Assembly: GCA_965208015.1 (NCBI GenBank) | Contig: OZ242309.1 | Span: 800,247-864,246, forward strand | Direction: 5' to 3' | Source: Dehalococcoidia bacterium | Lineage (GTDB): Bacteria; Chloroflexota; Dehalococcoidia; Lucifugimonadales; UBA3495 | Length of the DNA stretch: 64,000 nt | In this document: positions 28,109 through 37,054 of the stretch, piece after piece | Numbering within the stretch: position 1 is the stretch's first letter | How the letters are laid out: each line of letters opens with the position of its first letter | The notes under the pieces: generated by a model | What the model was told of the DNA's origin: nothing | Database searches by the model: none | The model's input: the letters and a program-made list of their open reading frames with translations, nothing else | Translations under genes and position numbers: made by a program

Positions 28109-28921
28109 ATGCCGGAACTACCGGAGGTCGAAAACACCCGCCAGTACTTGATCCGTTCCGGGCTGGCGGGTCGCCGCTTGGGCGCCCCTGAAATCACCTG
28201 GGCTAAAACCGTTCGGGCGCCGTCCGTAGGGGAGTTCATCGAGGGCGTCGCCGGGCGGCGCGTTGCCGACCTACGGCGACGGGGCAAATACCTGATCGCC
28301 TCGCTGGACGACGACCAGTTTTTGGTCTTGCATCTGGGCATGACCGGCAGCCTGCGCATCCACGACGCCCAAAGCGAACCGCCGCCTATGGTCAGGCACA
28401 CCTTCCCGCTGGACGACGGCCGGGAGATGCGGTTCATTGACCCGCGCAAGTTCGGGCACCTTTGGCTGCTTTCCGACCCGTCCGGCGCCATGCGGAAAAT
28501 GGGCCCGGAACCGTTGGAACCGGCTTTCACGGTTGCCGTCCTCGCTGAGCTTCTAGGCAGCCGCAAGGCGCCGATGAAGGCCATTCTGCTCGATCAGTCA
28601 GTAGTCGCGGGACTGGGAAATCTCTACGCCGACGAAGCCCTGTTCCTGTCTGGCATACACCCGGAACGCGCCGCGAATGATCTGAACGACGACGAGACTC
28701 GCGCTCTCCACGCCGCAATCGTCCAGGCGTTGTCGCATTCCGTGGCCGCCTACTCCGCCGCGCGGGAAGCCGAATGGCCCGACCCGCCGGTGGCTCTCTC
28801 GCCGTGGTCGATCCCCAGATCAGCCGACGAACCCTGTCCCAGATGCTCAGGCGCGGTTGCGATGATACGGGTGCGGGGGCGCAGTTCGTGGCACTGTCCG
28901 GCGTGCCAGCCAGTCAGATGA
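28109..28921 (+). CDS. mutM: formamidopyrimidine-DNA glycosylase
   Basis: MPELPEVE N-terminus, H2TH region (GLGNLYADEALF) and a C-terminal CxxC...CxxC zinc finger (CPRCSG...CPACQ). Confidence 0.9.
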   Translation: MPELPEVENTRQYLIRSGLAGRRLGAPEITWAKTVRAPSVGEFIEGVAGRRVADLRRRGKYLIASLDDDQFLVLHLGMTGSLRIHDAQSEPPPMVRHTFPLDDGREMRFIDPRKFGHLWLLSDPSGAMRKMGPEPLEPAFTVAVLAELLGSRKAPMKAILLDQSVVAGLGNLYADEALFLSGIHPERAANDLNDDETRALHAAIVQALSHSVAAYSAAREAEWPDPPVALSPWSIPRSADEPCPRCSGAVAMIRVRGRSSWHCPACQPVR

Positions 28922-28934
28922 AGGCATTTCGCAG

Positions 28935-29354
28935 TCAGAGGATGTTTTCGCTGCCGATGGCTGCGACGGCCAGAGACCGATTGTCGGCTTTCAGTGCGAT
29001 CATGGCGTATCCTGCCTGGCGGCTCAGGATGTGCATGCTCTCGATGTTGACGCCAGCCTCTTTCAGGTCACCGGCCACTTTGGCCAACGCTCCGGGTTCG
29101 TCGGGCAAGCGGAGCACCAGAGCGTCGTCGCTGATTGCCTTGAAACCCGCCTGATTGAGAACATAAAGGGCTCGGTCGTAGCGATCGGCGGTCAGGATAA
29201 TGGCAGCCTCTTCGCCTACCACCTGCGCATTGATCGATTCCAGGTTGATGCCTTCCGCGGCCAGGACCTGGCTAATGTTGGCAATGACGCCGACCTCGTC
29301 CTGAGTCATGACGATGATGCGGTTCAAGGGGTTCACTTGGTTCATAATGACCAA
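28935..29354 (-). CDS. tandem ACT-domain protein
   Basis: Two ACT-like units (DEVGVIANISQVLAAEGINLESI and DEPGALAKVAGDLKEAGVNIESM). TTG start has GGAGAAAG upstream. Confidence 0.7.
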   Translation of the reverse strand: MVIMNQVNPLNRIIVMTQDEVGVIANISQVLAAEGINLESINAQVVGEEAAIILTADRYDRALYVLNQAGFKAISDDALVLRLPDEPGALAKVAGDLKEAGVNIESMHILSRQAGYAMIALKADNRSLAVAAIGSENIL

Positions 29355-29393
29355 TCTTTCTCCGAATCCGGTGGAGGAGTGAGCGAAGCAAGG

Positions 29394-30542
29394 TCAGCCG
29401 GCGCAGTCGGCGACGAGTTCGTCGATCATCTCCCGGCTGACGTGCGGCATGGTGATAATGTGGGCGATGTCACCTTCAGGGGCCATCTGCCACTTGCGGA
29501 ACACTTCCCGGCGCGGGCGCGGGAACACCACCGTAACCGAGTTCCGGTGCCGCCAAGCGGATATCCCGCGCTCGTTGAACTGCCCCACCGCATATTCCGC
29601 CGTGTCCAGCATTCCGGCGACGACATCGCGAAACCCTCCATGTCCGCGCTGGGCAAAAGCGTACCAGATCATCAGCGGGGCCAGCGCGTTGCGGGAACCG
29701 GACAGGGTTGTGTCTTCAACGCCCACGTACTCGATGGCGCGACCCACCCGTTCCACGTAGGGACGCTTGGTCAGCACCACGCCGCAGGGCAGGGGCGCGC
29801 CGATCAGTTTGTGCCCGCTTACCGAAACGCTGTCTACGCCGGCGTCAAAGCCGTAGGGCTGAGGGTCGTCGACGAATGGCAGGATCATGCCGCTGAGTGC
29901 GGCGTCGGCGTGGATGTAATGGCTGGTCACCGCCTGGTCACTCAGGATGTCCCGTATCCGGCCGATGTCGTCCACCGCGCCGCGCATGGTGGTGCCCACG
30001 TTGGCCATGATCACGGCGGGCAGGTCACGATTGACCCGGATCATCGCTTCCAGGTCATCGTAGTCGATTTCACCATTTTCCTGCCGCCTGATCATGATGT
30101 GGCGGGCGTTCAGCACCCGCACGTTTTTTAGCACGCTGTAGTGCGTTTCTTCCGAGAAGTAGAACATTGCGTTGGGGAACAGCTCCCGTGCCAGGTACAG
30201 ACCGTACATGTTGCCTTCGGTGCCGCCGGAAGTCACGTAACCCCAGGCATCCTCCGGCGCGAGGCGCATCAATCCGGCGAAAATATCGATGACCTCTCGC
30301 TCGATTTCGTGGGTATTGCCCCAGAAATTGCTCGGGTAGAAGGGGTCACCGACATTGTTGATTGAGTAGTCCAGGAAGGGCACCAGAGGGGAGTAGTCGA
30401 AGTCCTGATTCACTGGATAACCAATTTGTTGCCGCGTGGCAGAGTGAATATCGCTCAACAACTGATCCAGCCGTTTTTGGATTTCCGGTTGTGGCAAAGC
30501 CTCTGGCATCGATGTGGTGGTTGACGCTAACACGTTGGACAT
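29394..30542 (-). CDS. PLP-dependent histidine decarboxylase-like (group II) decarboxylase
   Basis: Collinear with Gram-negative Hdc as recalled: INNVGDP, WGYVTSGGTEGNMYG, HADAALSGMILPFVDD and the PLP lysine in SVSGHKLIGAPLPCG. ATG 30542 (MSNVLAS). Confidence 0.8.
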   Translation of the reverse strand: MSNVLASTTTSMPEALPQPEIQKRLDQLLSDIHSATRQQIGYPVNQDFDYSPLVPFLDYSINNVGDPFYPSNFWGNTHEIEREVIDIFAGLMRLAPEDAWGYVTSGGTEGNMYGLYLARELFPNAMFYFSEETHYSVLKNVRVLNARHIMIRRQENGEIDYDDLEAMIRVNRDLPAVIMANVGTTMRGAVDDIGRIRDILSDQAVTSHYIHADAALSGMILPFVDDPQPYGFDAGVDSVSVSGHKLIGAPLPCGVVLTKRPYVERVGRAIEYVGVEDTTLSGSRNALAPLMIWYAFAQRGHGGFRDVVAGMLDTAEYAVGQFNERGISAWRHRNSVTVVFPRPRREVFRKWQMAPEGDIAHIITMPHVSREMIDELVADCAG

Positions 30543-30875
30543 AATCCTGGCTCCAATGGTGAACGGCCCGTTGCGATGGTCTTCTTGCGGGCGGGGCCGG
30601 CAGTCTCTCAGTTGCCCGGCGGACGAGATAGCCACTCTGCGTATCCGATCCGGAGTGACGTTGCTGGGTCCGTTGCCGGTCGCCGGTTAGGGTAGTGAAG
30701 ATGAGCCCAAACCGCAATGTGGGATGCAGCCCCACGGATTCCACGTGAAGGGACCTTGCCTTGCATCAAAGGCAATGTTCGTAATCGGTCGACCATGTCG
30801 GGTTGCACTGAGCGCGGACGTCGGCAATAGCGTTAGCGGGCGCACAATTCCCAGGGACAGGTATTCAGTTAACAA

Positions 30876-32288
30876 TCATTGCGCTTTCATGGGCAGGCGG
30901 ATCGTTACCTTGGCGCCCCTTCCCGGTCCGTCGCTTGTCAATGCAATCGCACCCCCATGTCCTTCAACGATAGCGCGGGCAATGGGCAGCCCCAGGCCGG
31001 TTCCGCCTATCCCTCGACTGCGCGACCGGTCGGTGCGATAGAACCGTTCGAAGACGTGGGTCAGGTCCGCGACGTCGATGCCCAAGCCGTCATCAGTGAC
31101 AGAGACTACCAGCGCTTCGTCGCCTTCGGGCGCCGCACGGAGCACGATCCTACCGCCGGCTTCGGTGCAATGAATGGCGTTGCTGATGACGTTGCCCAAC
31201 GCTTGGCTCATGCGCACCCGGTCCAGGTCCAGGTCAGGCAGGTCGCCGCATACTTGCAGGGAGAGTTCAACCTGTCGAGCCTGGGATTGCGGTTGCCAGC
31301 GCTCGACCTCCGTCGCGAGCAGTTCGGAAACCGAGCTCGCTTCGAGAGCGAGCCTCAACTCACCATGGTCAGTCTCCGCAAGCCAGTTCAAGTCGGTCAC
31401 GAGACCACGCAGCCGGGCCACTTCCTGGATGATGTGGTCTGAAGCGTCGTCCGGCGCCTGTAGTCCGTCGTGCAGCCCCCTGGCCTCCAGTAGGATGACG
31501 CTGAGTGGTGTGTTCAGCTCATGAGCGATATCGTTTATCAACTGGCGTCGGAGTTCGCGCTGGGTTCTCAGGGCCTCGTTCATATGATTGAAAGCCTCGC
31601 TCATCTTTCCCAGCTCGTCCGAGGATGTAACCGGCAGGGAGGTTGACTCTCCCTGGGCAATGGCCTGAGTTGCTTCCGTCAGAGCCGTCACAGGTGCGGT
31701 GATTCGTTTGGACAGCCAGACGGCGAGCACGATGGCGACCGCGACCGTCAGCGCTCCCCCGGTCAAGGTGATGAACAGGAGCGCGTTCAGAAACCCGTGA
31801 GACTCGGTGGACAGGAACTCGCGGTTCACGTCCACGTAGACGTGACCGACCGGCCGGTTCCCGGAGAGGTCGAATACCGTTTCCCGGTGCCCTTCCAGAG
31901 GGGGCGGTGCGACTCCGGGCGGTACCTGGGACAGATTGTCCTTCACCACCAGACCGTCGGCGTCAACGATGACTACGCGCACCCGGTCGTGTTGATTTCC
32001 CTCGGAGTGTTCCCCCTCCCTTTCTTCCGACCGCTCCATTCGTGGCATCCCGGCGTAGAGGAATCCCCCCTCCGACAGCGCCTGGTCCACCGTCGCCCAT
32101 CCGCCGGCGTCCGTGTACTCGCGGCTAAGGTTGCGGGCAAGCTGATCCGCCCGGTCTCCGCCCACCCGTTCCACGAACACCCCCAGGCGGGCCTGCGTCG
32201 CGTAGTAGCCCACACCTATGCTGGTACATACCGTGAGCAGCACGACGAACACGATCGCCGCCAGGATTCTCCAGCGCAGGGATTTCAT
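30876..32288 (-). CDS. sensor histidine kinase (TM-periplasmic domain-TM-HAMP-HisKA-HATPase)
   Basis: H-box IAHELNTPLSVI, G-boxes DDGLGI and GGTGLGLPIARAIVEGHGG. The periplasmic loop contains ERSEEREGEHSEGNQHD. Confidence 0.85.
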   Translation of the reverse strand: MKSLRWRILAAIVFVVLLTVCTSIGVGYYATQARLGVFVERVGGDRADQLARNLSREYTDAGGWATVDQALSEGGFLYAGMPRMERSEEREGEHSEGNQHDRVRVVIVDADGLVVKDNLSQVPPGVAPPPLEGHRETVFDLSGNRPVGHVYVDVNREFLSTESHGFLNALLFITLTGGALTVAVAIVLAVWLSKRITAPVTALTEATQAIAQGESTSLPVTSSDELGKMSEAFNHMNEALRTQRELRRQLINDIAHELNTPLSVILLEARGLHDGLQAPDDASDHIIQEVARLRGLVTDLNWLAETDHGELRLALEASSVSELLATEVERWQPQSQARQVELSLQVCGDLPDLDLDRVRMSQALGNVISNAIHCTEAGGRIVLRAAPEGDEALVVSVTDDGLGIDVADLTHVFERFYRTDRSRSRGIGGTGLGLPIARAIVEGHGGAIALTSDGPGRGAKVTIRLPMKAQ

Positions 32289-32962
32289 GCATCCTCCACG
32301 ACGAACCGGTAACCCGCGCCGTACACGGTCTGGATGGGCTGCCTGCTGTCGCGGTTGATGTGCCGGCGCAGTCGGGCCACCTGGTTGTCGATGGCGCGGT
32401 CAAACCCTTCAAACTCGTCGTTGAAGGTGAGCGAGATCAGCTGGTCGCGGGTGAGCACCTGGTTGGGGTGACGCATGAAGGTCGCCAGCAAGGCAATCTG
32501 TGCCTGGCTCAGGGGCACGGGCTTTTCATCGACCGTCACCGTCCGGGCGGCTTCGTTGAGCGTGATGCTGCCATGAGTGAGGACTTGCTGCACCTTGCCT
32601 TTGACCCGGCGCAGCACGGCGTGGGCGCGGGCGATGACCTCGTCTGGGTCGAAGGGTTTAACGATGTAGTCGTCGGCGCCGCTGTCCAACCCGTTGATGC
32701 GCTCTGCATGGGCCTCCCTGGCGGTGAGCATGATGATAGGAACGTCCGACTCCCGGCGCAGGATCCGGCACAGCTCCACCCCATCGAGACGGGGCAGCAT
32801 CAGGTCCAGGATCAGCAGGTCAGGTTCCAGCTCCCGAGCCAGGTCCAGACCGGCTGCGCCGTCATGAGCGACCTCGGCCGAAAAACCGGCGCGTTCGAAG
32901 TAAACCTTGACCCAGTTGGCGATCCTGGTGTCGTCCTCGACAATCAATACCGCGCCGCTCAT
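32285..32962 (-). CDS. OmpR-family response regulator
   Basis: LIVEDD, DLLILDLMLPRLDG and a winged-helix C-terminus (YGAGYRF). ATG 32962 has GGAGGG upstream. ATGA overlap with the kinase gene. Confidence 0.9.
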   Translation of the reverse strand: MSGAVLIVEDDTRIANWVKVYFERAGFSAEVAHDGAAGLDLARELEPDLLILDLMLPRLDGVELCRILRRESDVPIIMLTAREAHAERINGLDSGADDYIVKPFDPDEVIARAHAVLRRVKGKVQQVLTHGSITLNEAARTVTVDEKPVPLSQAQIALLATFMRHPNQVLTRDQLISLTFNDEFEGFDRAIDNQVARLRRHINRDSRQPIQTVYGAGYRFVVEDA

Positions 32963-33097
32963 CAGCAGCCCTCCGGCGATGTTTGGCAGGACGCGGCGTC
33001 TCCAGGGAGACACCGCGTCGACAGGCTGGTGCTTTTGGGACTGATTATCTCACCGTGAGCTACAGGTCGAAATCTGCCCCAGAGAGTTGCAGCGGTT

Positions 33098-34246
33098 CTA
33101 TCCGCCACCGCGGCGCTCTCCGCCGGATCCGTGTTCGCCGCGGGAACCATGTTCGCCACCGGACCGGCCATTGCCACCGTGTTCACCTCCGGCCTCACCG
33201 CCGCCAACCTCGGCGTGAGCCACCCATCCGGTGAACGACGCCTGGGTCGCGGGCAGGTAAACCCCAATGGCCTGTCCCGGAGCCATGTCCACCGGCACGG
33301 TGGGCCCGAGCTCGGCGCCGTTGGACAGGTGAACTTCGATCCTGACCTGGTTCAACACGTTGCCTGTAGTGTTTTCGACAGCGCCGATGAAGGCGTTGCT
33401 GGCGGCGTCGTAGTTCAGGACCAATCGGGCGCCGCCCCGGATGGCATCGAAAGTTTCATCCAGAGCCAGTAAAGCCCCGCTGCCTTCTTCGCTCCCCGAT
33501 GCGCCGCTCTCGCTGCCGGAGCCTTCTCCGCCGGGACCGTGGCCCTCGCCGCCGGCTCCTTCACTGCTGCTGCCTTCTGCGCCATGCGGAAGCGGGCCAG
33601 GGCCGCCGCAGTCAAATACCTCCATGTGGATCACGTACCCGTCGAAGGAGACCCCAGCGAGGTTGGGCTCGCTCGACACCGGGATGCTGGAAGTGGCCTG
33701 CTGTCCCGGATTCAGGTTCCCCAACTGGTCGGGTCCCAACTCGCCCACCGTCCGGGCACCGGACTTCAGGTGAGGTTCGGCCTGCACGTAGCACAGATTC
33801 TGGGAGAGGGTGTTCTGCACCGTTGAGCGGACGGTCTGGGTGGCCGCATCGTAGCTGGCGGATATGGCCATCCCACCAAGCGCGCCGTTCCAGGTCTGAT
33901 CGAGGGGAGTGATGGGGCTGGACATGGCAGCTTCCCTGGCTGCTTCGTTGCCGGCTCCGCTGCTCTCCGGACCCTCCGGGCCATCGGGACCACTCTCGCT
34001 GCCGGCCTGAGCGCCCTCGGCTCCGCTGGCCTCATCGCTGTCGGAACCGCCGCCTTCGCCGCCAGAGCCGTGTTCACCGGCGGGTTCTCCGGTTGAGATT
34101 TCCTGCGTCGCGGTGGCCCTGCCGGCATCCCGGCCTTCGCCGATAACGGTGTCGTTGCCGCATCCCACCAGGACCGCCGCAGAGAGCATGACGGCCAGGA
34201 TCGAAGCGCCCAAGAATGTCCTCGTCATTAACTTCTTAATAATCAT
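33098..34246 (-). CDS. secreted lipoprotein with duplicated ~100-aa domain and Gly/Glu/His-rich repeats
   Basis: Signal peptide plus lipobox (LVGCGN). Two homologous modules (VQNTLSQNLCYVQAEPHL...GYVIHMEVF and VENTTGNVLNQVRIEVHL...GWVAHAEVG) are separated and flanked by GEHG/GGEG low-complexity segments. No family recognised. Confidence 0.6.
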   Translation of the reverse strand: MIIKKLMTRTFLGASILAVMLSAAVLVGCGNDTVIGEGRDAGRATATQEISTGEPAGEHGSGGEGGGSDSDEASGAEGAQAGSESGPDGPEGPESSGAGNEAAREAAMSSPITPLDQTWNGALGGMAISASYDAATQTVRSTVQNTLSQNLCYVQAEPHLKSGARTVGELGPDQLGNLNPGQQATSSIPVSSEPNLAGVSFDGYVIHMEVFDCGGPGPLPHGAEGSSSEGAGGEGHGPGGEGSGSESGASGSEEGSGALLALDETFDAIRGGARLVLNYDAASNAFIGAVENTTGNVLNQVRIEVHLSNGAELGPTVPVDMAPGQAIGVYLPATQASFTGWVAHAEVGGGEAGGEHGGNGRSGGEHGSRGEHGSGGERRGGG

Positions 34247-34495
34247 CTTTTCGCCTCCTTGTTTGGATTACCCACTTTGGCTACAAACCAAGTTAGAGGC
34301 GAAATGTCGCAGAATTATGTCGCGAAGAGACCATGATCGGAGATCTGCGAAACGGGATTGACGAGTGACCGACTGTATGGTGAGGCTCCCTGGATGCCGG
34401 CGGCAGGAACCAAGTCAACAAGCATCACGCCAATCACACCGCTTGCCGGGACGTAACCCAGCGGGATCAGGGTTATCGTATGAAATTACAATTGC

Positions 34496-34524
34496 GTCAC
34501 TCCGGCGAGAGCCGGAGTCCAGAG
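34496..34524. repeat. REP-like palindromic unit (GTCACTCCGGCGAGAGCCGGAGTCCAGAG)
   Basis: 8-bp hairpin ACTCCGGC-GAGA-GCCGGAGT. Same architecture and same ends (GTCAyTCC...TCCAGAG) as the units at 47307..47382. Confidence 0.45.
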
Positions 34525-34771
34525 CCCATGATTGGCTTGATACTGGCAAGATAAAAGCCGACTTCGGTCACTGGGTATCGGCTTTCACCGGCATGGCGGC
34601 ACTCAAAACGTTCCTATGAGATAGTCCTGCGGCAGGATCGGCGTTTATTGACGGCATCGCAAGTCCGCCCGTACACTGTGAATGCCAAGCGGATCTACCG
34701 CCGGGTGTAACGCCGGCCGTCCGCGTTGATAGCTTACAAGCTACGGCAATTGTCGTTGGAGGCTTTTTATC

Positions 34772-36871
34772 ATGGCCGGTTACCGCAAGCATGAAGCGCA
34801 GGAATGGGCCTGGCAAACCTTGAAGGGGCAATGGACCACGCTGGTCACGCCCTTCACGCCGGACAACCAGGTGGACACTGATGGCCTCCGCCGGAACATT
34901 CGTCATGTCCAGAGCTTGGGCGTGCGCGGCGGCGGTTGCACCTGGAACATGGGCGAATTCTGGAGCCTGACCGAAGGCGAGCGTCGCCTGGTGATGGACA
35001 CGGTGGCCGACGAAGCCGCCGGTCATTGGCTCATCGGCGCGCACGTGACCGACACCTCACTGCGGGAAAGCATTGCGCTGGCCCAGCACGCCGAACGCCG
35101 GGGCTTCGACCTGTTGATCATTGCTCCCTCATACATGGTGACCAAGACTGAAGACCAGGTGGTCGACTTCGTGCGCCAGGTGGCCGAAAACACTGAGCTG
35201 GCGATGATGTTTTACAACTCGCCCCAGTTCGGCATCACCATCAGTCCGCAGGGCTTGAAGCGGCTCTGCGCCATCCCCAACGTCGTCGGCGTCAAAGAAG
35301 CAAGCTTCAATCAGCAAATCTCCATTGAAACCCACCTCCTGGTGGGCCGCGACGCGGTCATCAGCACACCGGACGAGTGGATATTCCACAAGGCCAAGGA
35401 ACTGGGCTTCCACCAGCAGGTGATGTTCGCCAACACCTCCGACTGGCGGTTCGACACCCCCCGGCATAACTACTACACCCAGTTCATCGACCGGGCCACC
35501 GCCGGCAACCTCGATGTGGACTTCTACAACCACTATTTGAAGGACATCAAGGCGCTGTCCGACAAGTGGTGGGGCGGCACCATGAAAAAAACCGGCGGCG
35601 CTCTCCCCGTGGCCATGTGCAAGGCTTGGGGCGAAATGATGGGCATGGCCGGTGGAAGCGTCCGCGCGCCGCTGCATGACCTTACTCACGAGGAGAAGGT
35701 CGAGCTGTGGAGCGAGCTGGAACCCCTGCTCCCACGGGCCGCAGCACCGGCCGCTCCGGCGCGGGAAGTGATCCACGGGCGCCCACATGCCCCCTGGCTC
35801 AACGGCAACGGCGCGCGCGATGGGCGGAGCGGCCTTTCCGAGTCAGGCATGATGCTGCTGGTGAGCGCCCAGAACCGGGCCGAGGCACTGGAAGCCGACC
35901 GGGGCGGCGCCGACATCATCGACCTGAAGAACCTCCAGGAAGCCCTGGTGGGATCAGCACATCCCAGCCTGGTCCGGGAAGTGCGGGAGCTCATCTCCCC
36001 CGAAAAGCACGTCAGCGTTACCCTCGGCGTCGTGCCCAACCAGCCGGGCACCGTCGCGATGGCGGTCCACGCCGCTGCCTTGATGGACGCGACCTCAGTT
36101 AAAGTCGGCTTCCAGGTTGCGGATTACGAAACCGCCGTTGAGGTGCTGCGGGAGTCCCGAGCGGCCATCGGCAACGCCGAGACCAAGCTGATCGGTTCGC
36201 TGTTCGCCGACAACCTGCTCTTCGAGGGCGGTCTCGATCCCCACCTGATGGGCCAGTTGGCCATCGACGGCGAGTGCGACGGCTTCTTGATCGACACTCT
36301 CACCAAGGACGGGCGGAACCTGTTCGACTTCATGCCGGAACCCGTGTTACGGGACATGGTGATGGAGGCCAAGCAGGCCGGCCTGAGCACCGCGCTGAGC
36401 GGTCACCTCAAGCTGGAGAACCTGGACGAGTTGGCACGCATCAACCCCGACATCGTCGGTGTCCGCGGTGCCGTGTGCTCCAGCGGCGAGCGAGACCGCG
36501 CCGTGGCCTGGGAAGCTGTAGCCTACTTCAAGGAGCAGCTGGATCTTCGCAAGACCGGCGTGATCGACGTGCGCGCTCCCGTGGGTGTTGCCGCCACCGG
36601 GAATGGCTACGGCAACGGAAATGGTCATGGAAACGGTTGGACTGTGATCGATGGTCGCGGTAAGAACTGCGCCGGCGTCATCGCCGCTTTGAGTCGCCAG
36701 ATGGAGTACGACCGCGCTTCCTTCGTCGAGGCCATCCTCCACGACGCCCTGAACATCTACGACGTAATCTACTGGGCTGAACAGGCCGGACATCGTCTGT
36801 TGACCCAGCGCAAAGAAAACGACGGTACACTCAGGGTGCTGATCGAGCCCTACGGCAACGGCAACCACTGA
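34772..36871 (+). CDS. tri-domain fusion: DapA-like class I aldolase + MfnB-like (5-formylfuran-3-yl)methyl phosphate synthase + TusA-like domain
   Basis: aa 1-320: DHDPS-family motifs (MFYNSPQF, Schiff-base-type VVGVKEAS). aa 360-595: collinear with MfnB as recalled (LLVSA...GGADIIDLKN, PGTV, VKVG, DTLTKDGRNLFD, PDIVGVRGAVC). aa 623-693: TusA/SirA-like (IDGRGKNCAGVIAAL...DGTLRVLIE). One uninterrupted ORF with GGAGG RBS. Confidence 0.8.
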   Translation: MAGYRKHEAQEWAWQTLKGQWTTLVTPFTPDNQVDTDGLRRNIRHVQSLGVRGGGCTWNMGEFWSLTEGERRLVMDTVADEAAGHWLIGAHVTDTSLRESIALAQHAERRGFDLLIIAPSYMVTKTEDQVVDFVRQVAENTELAMMFYNSPQFGITISPQGLKRLCAIPNVVGVKEASFNQQISIETHLLVGRDAVISTPDEWIFHKAKELGFHQQVMFANTSDWRFDTPRHNYYTQFIDRATAGNLDVDFYNHYLKDIKALSDKWWGGTMKKTGGALPVAMCKAWGEMMGMAGGSVRAPLHDLTHEEKVELWSELEPLLPRAAAPAAPAREVIHGRPHAPWLNGNGARDGRSGLSESGMMLLVSAQNRAEALEADRGGADIIDLKNLQEALVGSAHPSLVREVRELISPEKHVSVTLGVVPNQPGTVAMAVHAAALMDATSVKVGFQVADYETAVEVLRESRAAIGNAETKLIGSLFADNLLFEGGLDPHLMGQLAIDGECDGFLIDTLTKDGRNLFDFMPEPVLRDMVMEAKQAGLSTALSGHLKLENLDELARINPDIVGVRGAVCSSGERDRAVAWEAVAYFKEQLDLRKTGVIDVRAPVGVAATGNGYGNGNGHGNGWTVIDGRGKNCAGVIAALSRQMEYDRASFVEAILHDALNIYDVIYWAEQAGHRLLTQRKENDGTLRVLIEPYGNGNH

Positions 36872-36904
36872 TTGCCTGACGGACGACATAAACGGACTTT
36901 CTCT

Positions 36905-36926
36905 GGGGCGGGGGTGATCCCGCCCC
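36905..36926 (+). terminator. GC hairpin after the fusion gene
   Basis: GGGGCGGG / CCCGCCCC with a 6-nt loop, 34 nt after stop 36871. No U tract, so weak as an intrinsic terminator. Confidence 0.35.
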
Positions 36927-36949
36927 AAACGATTCCGGTTGCCGGTTCG

Positions 36950-36978
36950 TTGACCCGGTTTTCGGCCCGCCATATAAT
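36950..36978 (+). promoter_or_regulatory. near-consensus sigma70-type promoter TTGACC-17-TATAAT
   Basis: TTGACC 36950..36955, exact 17-nt spacer, TATAAT 36973..36978, about 77 nt before ATG 37055. Confidence 0.5.
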
Positions 36979-37054
36979 CCCCGCAGACTGACGCCAAGTG
37001 GGTATTCCGCAAACGAGATCACCCGCACGCTGGCGTCGGCGTTGGAGGGCTGAT

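Noticed and set aside
30543-30875. Assignment of the hdc leader to a known riboswitch class (glycine, cobalamin, guanidine/ykkC, T-box)
   Set aside because: I compared the minus-strand sequence by eye with the consensus cores I remember and found no convincing match. It is kept only as an unexplained long leader in the findings.
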